The notes: generated from the sequence alone by a model not told the origin. A DNA stretch of 64,000 bases from an uncultured Chthonomonadaceae bacterium (GCA_963817895.1 CAWFQB010000004.1:192001-256000); one strand, 5' to 3'; counted from the stretch's first letter, positions 33,500 to 41,354 are shown. Made by a program: numbers and translations.

Positions 33500-34770
33500 C
33501 AGGGCCGGCGCATCTTAACTGACGAGAACTTGCTCTAAATAGGCGTTGTCCCATCCGGCTTTCTTCTGCCGGGCCTTGATGCCGCGCTCACAGGTCTTCT
33601 CCTGCCGGATCAGGTTGAGCGCGATGTGGCGCAGAACGGCCATGTTCTCGGCTCCATGCTCTTTGCGGATGCGGCAGGCGTCTTCGTTGAGGCTGACATC
33701 CAGGACATAGTGTAAGCGGTTCTCAATGCCCCAGTGTTGCCGCACCGCTTTGAGAACTTTGCGGGCCTCATGAGGGACACTGCTAATGAAGTAACGCGCT
33801 TCCTCGCTGGTGGTGTCGCCGATGTGGCGGGTGCAGGTGACACGCGCCAGACTGCGCAAGCCTTTCCAGTGCTGCTGCGCGTCGCCCCAACAAAGATCGT
33901 CAAGATCAAGGGTGAGCAGGTCACACCGTCGTATGTCTACACGCCCGTGTCCGCGCCCGCTCGTGGTATGGCAACTATGATTGCAGTCGCGCCAGTGCTT
34001 TTCTTCGGCATAGGCGAAGCGGGCTTGTATATCCTGATGTAGATGAGGCTGATTGTCCTTGACCGCAATCACGTAGTCGCCTCCCTGTTGGACAATCTGC
34101 GCGACCGTTTCGGTCTGGCAGCTCATCGCGACCGTTTCGGTCTGGCAGCTCATCGCGTCCGTGGTGACGATGCAGCCCTTGATGTCGAGCAGATGCAGCA
34201 GGGCGGGAACCATGGGGATTTCGTTGGTTTTCTCTTCAATCTTGAGTTGCCCCAACACCAGACGCGCGCTTGCCGCCCAGGCGCTGACCATGTACATGGC
34301 TTTTTGCCCACACGCCAGATCAAAGCTGTGGCGCAACGCCTTGCCGTCGAGGGCAATGGTCTCGCCTTCGGTAAACTGATGCAGCGTTTGCGTCCACAGC
34401 CGAAAACACGCTTGCAAGGCCGTTGGCTCCAGGCGGGCAAAGACCCGCCGAAACGTGTCTGCCGAGGGGATGCCGTTGGGCAACGCCAGACGTTCTTGCA
34501 GCCACGCTTGCTTGGCAGTCCCAAAAGCGGCCATGTCGTCCCACCCTTCCGCGCCGCACAGCACGGCGCAGATGGCAATCACCAGAATGTCCATTAAGGA
34601 ATGCAGGCGGGTACGTTCCACGCGCGGATCGGGCAAGTCCGACAGGCACTCCACGAGCGTAGGAAAAGCAGACACAGACATCAGGCAGGCTCCTCAAAGA
34701 TGAATGGGGTGCCATTCACCATTGGCGAGACGAGTTCCTGTCTCAAACTATTTTAGATGCGCCGGCCCTG
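33500..34770 (-). mobile_element. ISAs1-family insertion sequence
   Basis: 16-bp perfect TIRs CAGGGCCGGCGCATCT at 33500-33515 and 34755-34770. Confidence 0.92.
33515..34681 (-). CDS. ISAs1-family transposase with 9-aa internal duplication
   Basis: LPDPR, GIPSADTF, IALDGK, TTDAM, VKDNQ and HWGIENRLHYVLDV motifs. Confidence 0.95.
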   Translation of the reverse strand: MSVSAFPTLVECLSDLPDPRVERTRLHSLMDILVIAICAVLCGAEGWDDMAAFGTAKQAWLQERLALPNGIPSADTFRRVFARLEPTALQACFRLWTQTLHQFTEGETIALDGKALRHSFDLACGQKAMYMVSAWAASARLVLGQLKIEEKTNEIPMVPALLHLLDIKGCIVTTDAMSCQTETVAMSCQTETVAQIVQQGGDYVIAVKDNQPHLHQDIQARFAYAEEKHWRDCNHSCHTTSGRGHGRVDIRRCDLLTLDLDDLCWGDAQQHWKGLRSLARVTCTRHIGDTTSEEARYFISSVPHEARKVLKAVRQHWGIENRLHYVLDVSLNEDACRIRKEHGAENMAVLRHIALNLIRQEKTCERGIKARQKKAGWDNAYLEQVLVS

Positions 34771-35789
34771 CGGCTGATCCGCCTTGATTTCGGGCGCGTG
34801 GGTTGGTCCGGGAAATGCAGGTTTTCGCGTCTGTCGGCTTTGCGCATGGGTTCATCGGGCGGCGTCTGGTTCCGTAGAACGGTCAATTCGCTGATGTTGC
34901 GCAGTTGTTCCTCGGACGAATGGCAGTAGATCGCGGTGACAGTCAGGCTGCTGTGTCCCAAGAACGCCTGCACATCCCTGATGTTCGCGCCGCTCCGTAG
35001 CAGGTCGGTGGCCCGCCAGTGACGTATCGAATGGGGTTTGATGTTGTCATGTCCCGCAAGTCCCGCTTGATGTTTTACGTCTTCCACGAGCATCTGCAAA
35101 CTTGTGTGTCCCAAGCGGCGGTTCACATCATACGTGAACAGATAGGGATGCTTGCAGTTGTTGGGACGCAGGGCAAGCCATTCTTTCAGCGCGGCAATGG
35201 CTTCCTCGGGCAGGTAGATTTTCCTTGACTTGCCGCCTTTGCCACTGCGTACCAGCAAGCTGCCCTTGCTCTTACCGTTCTTCGGATCGGGAAGCGTCAC
35301 ATCGTCCAGATGCAGATCGCACAGTTCCGAACGGCGCAAACCGCCATAAACCAGAACGCACAAGACAGCGCGACACAGCGCGACGCGGCGCGGACTGCGA
35401 TTGCGGCGGCAGGCATCGAGAAGAAGCGCGATTTCTTCATCGGTAATCGTCTTGCGAATGGCGGCGTCTTTCTTTGGAAGGGTGACAGTCTTTGCCGGGT
35501 TGTCGGCGATGACACCGTTGCGGATAAGGAATTCTCCCAAGCCTTTCAGCGGGTGAAAGTAACTTCGGATGCTGCGCGGGCGCAATCCCTTGCCGCTCAA
35601 GTAGTAGAGGAAGCGGCGGCAAACGGGCGGGTTGAAGTCGCTTAATGTCGGTTCCGGGTAGCCGTTTTCCGTCAGCCAGGTGTGGAAGTGGCGTAACTGC
35701 GCCCCGTAGCCTTTCTGCGTGGTCGCCGCTGCGCCTTGTTCGACGCGCAGGGCTTGCAGGTAGTCGTGAATGAGAGTGTCCAGTTGCAT
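34743..35789 (-). CDS. Tyrosine recombinase/integrase
   Basis: N-terminal SAM-like domain; GLRRSEL (R), KGGK (K), HSIRH, LGHS and TAIY catalytic residues. Confidence 0.95.
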   Translation of the reverse strand: MQLDTLIHDYLQALRVEQGAAATTQKGYGAQLRHFHTWLTENGYPEPTLSDFNPPVCRRFLYYLSGKGLRPRSIRSYFHPLKGLGEFLIRNGVIADNPAKTVTLPKKDAAIRKTITDEEIALLLDACRRNRSPRRVALCRAVLCVLVYGGLRRSELCDLHLDDVTLPDPKNGKSKGSLLVRSGKGGKSRKIYLPEEAIAALKEWLALRPNNCKHPYLFTYDVNRRLGHTSLQMLVEDVKHQAGLAGHDNIKPHSIRHWRATDLLRSGANIRDVQAFLGHSSLTVTAIYCHSSEEQLRNISELTVLRNQTPPDEPMRKADRRENLHFPDQPTRPKSRRISRRAGASKIV

Positions 35790-35905
35790 GTTGGGCTGCC
35801 TTTCAGAGTGCTTAAAGACAGCGACATAGCGGGGTAGAGCGGTGACTTAAACCCGCAACGCGCACAGGTAGGACAAAGTCCTGTACCTATGCGCCATGCT
35901 CAAAA

Positions 35906-35977
35906 TGCCGCAGGTCCGAGTTGAACGGACAACGTCCACGTTTTCAGCATGGCGCTCTACCACTGAGCTACTGCGGC
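35906..35977 (-). tRNA. tRNA-Phe(GAA)
   Basis: Cloverleaf; anticodon arm ccatg-CTGAAAA-cgtgg. Confidence 0.9.
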
Positions 35978-36025
35978 GTACCTACCTGTTTCCTAAAATC
36001 TTAGAACCCTAACACCCTAACCCCA

Positions 36026-36096
36026 TGCGCCCGGAAAGAATCGAACTTTCGTCGCGCGGTTATCAGCCGCGTGCTTTCCCATTAAGCTACGAGCGC
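36026..36096 (-). tRNA. tRNA-Ile(GAT)
   Basis: cgcgg-CTGATAA-ccgcg. Confidence 0.9.
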
Positions 36097-36100
36097 AAAA

Positions 36101-36172
36101 CTCCCCCGGCTGGATTCGAACCAGCAACCGTTCGGTTAACAGCCGAATGCTCTACCATTGAGCCACAGAGGA
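36101..36172 (-). tRNA. tRNA-Asn(GTT)
   Basis: ttcgg-CTGTTAA-ccgaa. Confidence 0.92.
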
Positions 36173-36274
36173 TCAGAAACGGAAACGCAATTACCTCACC
36201 CCGGGCGTCCACCCGAAGGGAAGGACACCCCTCTCCTTGCCGCTCCTTCGTCACCAAAAGAGGGGCTTTTTGTA

Positions 36275-36345
36275 TCCTCATTCCCGTGTTTGAATCGGGT
36301 TCAACCCCTTATAAGGAGGCCGCTCTACCCATGAGCTAAACGAGG
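36275..36345 (-). tRNA. tRNA-Ile(TAT), atypical T-arm
   Basis: Acceptor CCTCGTT/AATGAGG-A; gcctc-CTTATAA-ggggt; A:A mismatch closing the T-stem. Confidence 0.7.
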
Positions 36346-36400
36346 CGCTCAATTCCTACGAACAACCAAACTGTCACAACGCACATTTACCAACATATCA

Positions 36401-36473
36401 GGCGAGAGACGGGATTCGAACCCGCGACCTTTTCGATGGCAACGAAACGCGCTTCCAATTGCGCCACTCTCGC
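36401..36473 (-). tRNA. tRNA-Gly(GCC)
   Basis: tttcg-TTGCCAT-cgaaa; discriminator C rather than U. Confidence 0.85.
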
Positions 36474-36571
36474 ATATTGCAGGGAGTAGGGGATAGGCAG
36501 TAGGGAGTAGACCTGTACTGTAATATCCTGTCTTTCCTATTCACCACTCCCCACTCTCTACTCCCTACCCA

Positions 36572-36644
36572 TGCCCCCGGCAGGAATCGAACCTGCTGTC
36601 TTCACGTCCGAAGCGTGACGCCGTTTCCAGTTGACTTCAGAGGC
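36572..36644 (-). tRNA. tRNA-Arg(TCG)
   Basis: tcacg-CTTCGGA-cgtga; A20 after the D-loop GG. Confidence 0.85.
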
Positions 36645-36665
36645 ACATTCAACCACAACAACCAG

Positions 36666-36739
36666 TGCGCAAGGCAGGATTTGAACCCGCAGCCGTTTCT
36701 TTGTAAGAGAGCCGCTCCACCGGATTGAGCTACTCGCGC
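36666..36739 (-). tRNA. tRNA-Val(TAC), weak anticodon stem
   Basis: gctct-CTTACAA-agaaa (2 mismatches); good acceptor, D and T arms. Confidence 0.7.
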
Positions 36740-36795
36740 TTATTGAGTGAGAGTGAGAGAAAATGCGGCTTGTTCTCTCACTCTTCACTTTTCTA

Positions 36796-36867
36796 TACGG
36801 AGGACGGGAGTCGAACCCGCGTTTTGTCCTTGAAAGAGACGCCTCCTGACCGTTAGAGGACCCCCGC
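36796..36867 (-). tRNA. tRNA-Glu(TTC)
   Basis: gtct-CTTTCAA-ggac. Confidence 0.85.
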
Positions 36868-36885
36868 GCAGCACACAACAAATTA

Positions 36886-36956
36886 TCGGGGTAACAGGAA
36901 TCGAACCTGTGACAGATAGGCCCAAGCTATCCGTTATACCATTTCACTACACCCCG
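36886..36956 (-). tRNA. tRNA-Pro(TGG)
   Basis: CGGGGTG acceptor; gatag-CTTGGGC-ctatc. Confidence 0.88.
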
Positions 36957-36967
36957 TTTTGCGCCCA

Positions 36968-37039
36968 GGCCGACGAGCGGATTTGAACCGCTGACCTGCT
37001 GTTTACGAAACAGCTGCTCTACCTCTGAGCTAAGTCGGC
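36968..37039 (-). tRNA. tRNA-Thr(CGT)
   Basis: gctgt-TTCGTAA-acagc. Confidence 0.92.
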
Positions 37040-37088
37040 GCTTGAAGAGAGTTTACAGATGATAGTTGATTCACTATCGGACACATTC

Positions 37089-37227
37089 TTGCCAGGGGTT
37101 GAAAACCCCTGTCTACATGGCCTGCGGCCAAGCGTCCTTCGGACGCAAATGCTTGTTTACAAATTCTCGCGTCCGAAGGACGCTTGGCCGTAGGCCACTC
37201 AGACGGGTATTTTCAATGCCCGGTAAA
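37089..37227. repeat. Long imperfect palindrome (REP/MITE-like) inside the tRNA array
   Basis: tggcctgcggccaagcgtccttcggacgc / gcgtccgaaggacgcttggccgtaggcca inverted pair with outer imperfect arms. Confidence 0.8.
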
Positions 37228-37301
37228 ATGTGTCCAGTAGTGAAATAGTTGATAAACACGCGCCTTTCCTATCAACTAATAACCATCAACTTCTTAGCGG
37301 A

Positions 37302-37375
37302 TGCCAATCGGGGGATTCGAACCCCCAACACGTTAGTTCTGAACCAACGGCCTCTACCAGTTGGGCTAGATCGGC
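37302..37375 (-). tRNA. tRNA-Leu(CAG) with short (5-nt) variable loop
   Basis: gttgg-TTCAGAA-ctaac; variable region gtgtt; A73. Confidence 0.8.
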
Positions 37376-37404
37376 GTCTTCCCTCCTCTTTTCCGTTTAT
37401 CAAA

Positions 37405-37476
37405 CAGGGGCGGCAGGATTCGAACCCGCAACAGATGGTTTTGGAAACCATGGCTCTACCGTTGAACTACACCCCT
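37405..37476 (-). tRNA. tRNA-Trp(CCA)
   Basis: atggt-TTCCAAA-accat. Confidence 0.92.
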
Positions 37477-37585
37477 TCGTCGGTATTCGGTGTTCGGTAT
37501 TCGGAACTACAGGACAGGAGCTTTATAGTGCATAGAAGGCTTTTGACTGAATACCGAATACCGAACACCGAATACCGTTTCTGCA

Positions 37586-37658
37586 TGGAAGCGAGAGGAT
37601 TCGAACCTCCAACTCTTTGCTTAAAAGGCAAATACTCTGACCGTTGAGTTACGCTTCC
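37586..37658 (-). tRNA. tRNA-Lys(TTT)
   Basis: tttgc-CTTTTAA-gcaaa. Confidence 0.92.
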
Positions 37659-37743
37659 GAAGAAGTTGAGAGTTGATAGTCCATAGTTGATAGTAAAATT
37701 CTCCGACTATCAACTATCAACTACAAACTATCAACTCTCCCCA

Positions 37744-37816
37744 AGCGCCGGGTCGGAGTTGAACCGACACAATACGGCTTTGCAGACCGCTCCCTTAACC
37801 GTTCGGGCACCGACGC
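37744..37816 (-). tRNA. tRNA-Cys(GCA)
   Basis: gcggt-CTGCAAA-gccgt; U73. Confidence 0.9.
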
Positions 37817-37859
37817 GAAACAAACACAAACTTGTATATGCAGTTATCAAGGTACAAAA

Positions 37860-37933
37860 TGGGGATGGGAGGACTCGAACCTCCGGCCTTCACCTTCGCA
37901 GAGTGACGCGCTAATCCACTGCGCCACATCCCC
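37860..37933 (-). tRNA. tRNA-Arg(GCG)
   Basis: tcact-CTGCGAA-ggtga; A20 present; perfect acceptor and T stems. Confidence 0.85.
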
Positions 37934-37971
37934 AAACTCTCACTCTCCACTCTCACTCTTCACTTCTCAAA

Positions 37972-38043
37972 CGCGCTCGACGAGAGTTGAACTCGCTTCT
38001 TCTGCTCGACAGGCAGGCATGTTGACCGGTACACCACAAGCGC
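37972..38043 (-). tRNA. tRNA-Asp(GTC), first gene of the array
   Basis: ctgc-CTGTCGA-gcag; G73. Confidence 0.88.
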
Positions 38044-38142
38044 AGGAGAGGCATCAGGCATTAATATTAGGTAGTAGCTAAAAGCCACAAGACACGAGAG
38101 ACAAGTTGAAAACCCAACACCGAACAAACGAGCAATTCAGCC

Positions 38143-38182
38143 AAAAAAAGCCCACTGTGCCTTTGGAGTTGGGACAGTGGGC
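38143..38182 (-). terminator. Intrinsic terminator in the tRNA-array leader
   Basis: GCCCACTGT(CCC)...(GGC)ACAGTGGGC stem followed by T7 on the minus strand. Confidence 0.85.
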
Positions 38183-38311
38183 GAAGAATTCGCGCTGGTT
38201 GAGGAAACGGTTAAGCGTCTCCTCCTGTCCCAACAAGGCATTTGCAATTATTGCCACAACCGCGCAGGCCAATACTATCCATCAGGCGCGGGCAGGCAAG
38301 ACGTATCTCAT
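38168..38311 (-). promoter_or_regulatory. Putative attenuator: uORFs MRYVLPARA (38282-38311) and MDSIGLRGCGNNCKCLVGTGGDA (38211-38282) plus antiterminator
   Basis: GTTGGGACAG (38234-38225) is perfectly complementary to CTGTCCCAAC (38177-38168) in the terminator 5' arm and loop. Confidence 0.55.
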
Positions 38312-38528
38312 CGTTACAACTCGGAATCGCGAGCTGCGTTTGCCATTTGCGTCTGCGGCCTGTCTGCGGTTGTCGGTTGGTTTCAAACATTGTGTGCTTG
38401 CCTGATCCTCAAAATTGCGTTTGTTTGGCGCGGTTCGTTTTGTATTTTCCGTTTCCGCGTCCTTCACACCTATTGATTGGATTGCGCGGAGATTAGTTGC
38501 ACCCTCTTGAAAAGAAATTTTGAGCCAC

Positions 38529-38969
38529 TCAAATAAGTCTCACCACATAGCGCATGAAATACAGAAGGAGCAGCAGTGTCACCGCAGCCAGTAGGGAAGA
38601 TAAAATACCCAGTTTTCGGGAACGAATCCACCCGCTTGTTCCCAGACTGGCAAGCAACGCGACCATTCCCAGCATAAACCCCATTCCCGCCCACCGTACC
38701 GCGCCCATGATCGCTGCCCGTACTTCCAGGGGCAAATCCGTAGCCGAGCGCAGGGCAGGACGATCCACGATGTAGAACACGCCTGTCACGCTGACAACCG
38801 CGCAGACAATCAGGCAGACGGCGGCAACCAGTGCCGCTCCTGCCGTATAATCTACGGATCGGCGGTTTGTCGGGGCGTTCAAAAGGCCAACCAGAAACGT
38901 TACGGCAAACCCTGCCAGCACAGTGCCAAGAAAGGCAAGTTGACGCAACGTTTCAGCGACAGATTCCAT
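38529..38969 (-). CDS. Hypothetical 4-TM membrane protein
   Basis: Four hydrophobic segments. Confidence 0.7.
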   Translation of the reverse strand: MESVAETLRQLAFLGTVLAGFAVTFLVGLLNAPTNRRSVDYTAGAALVAAVCLIVCAVVSVTGVFYIVDRPALRSATDLPLEVRAAIMGAVRWAGMGFMLGMVALLASLGTSGWIRSRKLGILSSLLAAVTLLLLLYFMRYVVRLI

Positions 38970-39064
38970 AAAAATTCAACTCTCAACAGGGAAAAAGGGT
39001 ACGCCGCACAAATAAAAGCGCGAGTTTCCGTAGCGGGCAGACAGGACAGAACGCGCCTGTTGCT

Positions 39065-40630
39065 TTACGGGCGCAGCGCTGTCTTACCCGAAGTCGCTTG
39101 ATCTGTCCAGGGCGAAAGAACAGACGCGGGTATGATTTCAGAGGGAACGTTTCCGGTTTGACCGGGCTTGAGCCAGCCGACGGAAAGGCTGTCGCCGCCC
39201 ACATCCTGTTTTTGCAGGGCTTCGATGTAGTAACGCTTGCCTGCCTGTAAATGGACAGGGGCGGATTTTTGTTCGGGCAGTTTGTTCCACTCGCGCCGCC
39301 CGGTATAGCCGTCGCCCGTTGTCACACTTGCGATTTTGACCGCGCCGGCAGGTTTGTCGTCCATTCCTAAACGCAACTCGCAGTTGTCGTCGCCCGCAAT
39401 CCAAAAGGTGTAGTCGCCCGTTGTCGGCGGCGTCAGATACCCGCGCAGGCGCGTGCCGTAGTTGATGCCGACACTGGTGGGCGCTTCAAAATCGCGCAGG
39501 TAGGTGACGGAGTGGGGCTTGCTGGCGACGGGAATGTCCGATACCTGCTTGCCGCGTATGTCCGTCCAGACTTCGCGCGTCAGATGGTTGTTGAGCGCTT
39601 TGTCGGTGGCGCGATAGGCGGCGATTTGCGCGGCATTGGCTTTGGACTGGTACACGCGCACATAGTCGCACTGCATCTTCCAGGGCATGGAAGCCTCGTC
39701 AACCTGCCAGGGCTTATACGGCGTTTTGTTGGCGTCCATCTCCTGCGAGTACCACTGCCCACCAACGGCGAGATTGATGAGCAGGTACATCGGACGGTTG
39801 AACGCGGGCGCGGTTTTGCTCTTCGCCCATACCTTGCCGTCGAAAGTGAATACCATGTCTTCCGGCGTCCATTCCAAACCCCACGTATGGAAATCTTTGG
39901 AAATGTCCGCGCCCACTTCGTTGTAGCCGAACTTCCACGGGATTTCCTCGCCCTCGCGGGGTAGGATGCCCGCGCTGTGCTTGGTGGGGCGATGGCCGAA
40001 GAATTCAAACAAGTCCACTTCCGGCGGCCACTGATGCGCTTCATCTTCGGTGGCTTTGGTCGGATCGTCGCCCAACAGCCAGAACGCGGGCCACGCGCCG
40101 CGAACTCCGGGCAATTTGAATCGCCCCTCCACATAGCCATACTGAAACGTGAACCGCTTGTCGGAGATCAGCAGGCCGGAAGAAAAGGGCCGCTGTTCGC
40201 CCATATAAAACTTGCGCCACAATTCTTCGGGCGTTTTCCACGCTTTAATGGTCAAAATTCCGGGCGTTTCAAACGAAAAGGGATTGAGGCTGCCATTGGC
40301 TTCGGGATGAATGTTGCCCTCGCCGTTGTAGTCCTTATCCACGTAATACTGCGCCTCGACGTTGCTGAACAGCGACCGTTGACTCGAACCCTGCCAGAAC
40401 GTCGTCTGCCATTTGGAACGGTCAATGTACGGCTTGCCGTCCTTATCGGGAACCGCGTCGAATTCATCATGCCATACAAGGGAAAGCGGGTGTCCGAGGG
40501 GCGAAGTGATGGTTTGGGGAACAGAGGCAGTTGCGGCTTTGTCTGCTTTCGGCGGGGCGGCACACGCGCAGGATACGCTCAGAACAATCGCGCTCAGGGC
40601 GCACAAAGCCGATACGAATGTGTTTCTCAT
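39065..40630 (-). CDS. Secreted GH16 glycoside hydrolase with PA14 domain
   Basis: Signal peptide; LVWHDEF, GAWPAFWL and catalytic EVDLFE; PA14 NYGTRLRGYL..P.TGDYTFWIAGDD. Confidence 0.9.
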   Translation of the reverse strand: MRNTFVSALCALSAIVLSVSCACAAPPKADKAATASVPQTITSPLGHPLSLVWHDEFDAVPDKDGKPYIDRSKWQTTFWQGSSQRSLFSNVEAQYYVDKDYNGEGNIHPEANGSLNPFSFETPGILTIKAWKTPEELWRKFYMGEQRPFSSGLLISDKRFTFQYGYVEGRFKLPGVRGAWPAFWLLGDDPTKATEDEAHQWPPEVDLFEFFGHRPTKHSAGILPREGEEIPWKFGYNEVGADISKDFHTWGLEWTPEDMVFTFDGKVWAKSKTAPAFNRPMYLLINLAVGGQWYSQEMDANKTPYKPWQVDEASMPWKMQCDYVRVYQSKANAAQIAAYRATDKALNNHLTREVWTDIRGKQVSDIPVASKPHSVTYLRDFEAPTSVGINYGTRLRGYLTPPTTGDYTFWIAGDDNCELRLGMDDKPAGAVKIASVTTGDGYTGRREWNKLPEQKSAPVHLQAGKRYYIEALQKQDVGGDSLSVGWLKPGQTGNVPSEIIPASVLSPWTDQATSGKTALRP

Positions 40631-40645
40631 ACGAATACTGGTTCC

Positions 40646-41302
40646 TTATGTATCGCGGGAAAGAAACGTGAAAAAGTGCACGTTGCGCCGCAAAGGTTCC
40701 GGGGTACGGACCATTCTGGCGACGCCGACACCATAGTTTTCGGGCGGGCCGTCAAACGCGATTTCGTCAAACCCCGCAAGCCCCACCCACTGCCGAACAT
40801 CGTTGCGCAAATCGGGGCCGGAACGGAACGCGCCCCGCGTCCAGATCACCGTCGCGCCGGACGTGCACAGCATCGGCCACGCATGGATGGTATTCAGAAT
40901 ATCCTCATCGCTCACATTGCCGAACACGCCGCAGCACAGCAGCAGATTGGCGGGAACCGCGCCCGCATATGCATCGCTCAACCCGGCGTCACGGCAGGCA
41001 ATCTCGATACCCGGAGGCGCGTCTGCCCGCGCCCGTTCCGCCAATATCGAATCCAACTCCACCAACCGCCCCGAAACATCCCCGGCGCGAGGATGATTTT
41101 GCAGGACGCCAAGCAAATCCCGCCCATCCCCCGCGCACATACTCACGACACGAACAGGGCCGGGAGGACGCTGATCCAACGCCTCACCAATTCGCTGCCG
41201 AACCACGGCCAGCCGTCGAGACAGCGAGGAGTCCGGACTCTGGTAGTTCTCATGCCATTGCTGCCAGTACGTCAACTCTGCCCTGTTCTCCTGCAATCCC
41301 AT
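40646..41302 (-). CDS. Class I SAM-dependent methyltransferase
   Basis: VVSMCAGDGRDL, LVELD and CGVFGN motifs. Confidence 0.8.
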   Translation of the reverse strand: MGLQENRAELTYWQQWHENYQSPDSSLSRRLAVVRQRIGEALDQRPPGPVRVVSMCAGDGRDLLGVLQNHPRAGDVSGRLVELDSILAERARADAPPGIEIACRDAGLSDAYAGAVPANLLLCCGVFGNVSDEDILNTIHAWPMLCTSGATVIWTRGAFRSGPDLRNDVRQWVGLAGFDEIAFDGPPENYGVGVARMVRTPEPLRRNVHFFTFLSRDT

Positions 41303-41354
41303 AATTCACCTTGATTGAAAATCATCGTTGATGCTCAGAGGCTAAAGCGTGGGC

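Larger units (their letters stand above)
31394..35966. mobile_element. About 4.5-kb integrative island in tRNA-Phe
   Basis: Flanking 62-bp direct repeats; tyrosine integrase next to the intact tRNA. Confidence 0.9.

Noticed and set aside
31394..35966. Prophage or ICE
   Set aside because: No phage structural, replication, relaxase or conjugation genes; only an integrase with small cargo
37860..37933. GGGGATG acceptor stem suggesting an Ala tRNA with an Arg anticodon (mistranslating tRNA)
   Set aside because: Pair 3:70 is G:C rather than G:U, and A20 is present, consistent with ordinary Arg identity
35906..38043. Regularly spaced TTCGAA motifs as CRISPR or another repeat array
   Set aside because: They are T-loops of tRNA cloverleaves
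38243..38256. TGGCAA-TAA-TTGCA (minus strand) as a sigma54 promoter for the tRNA array
   Set aside because: GG-to-GC spacing is 8 nt rather than the required 10
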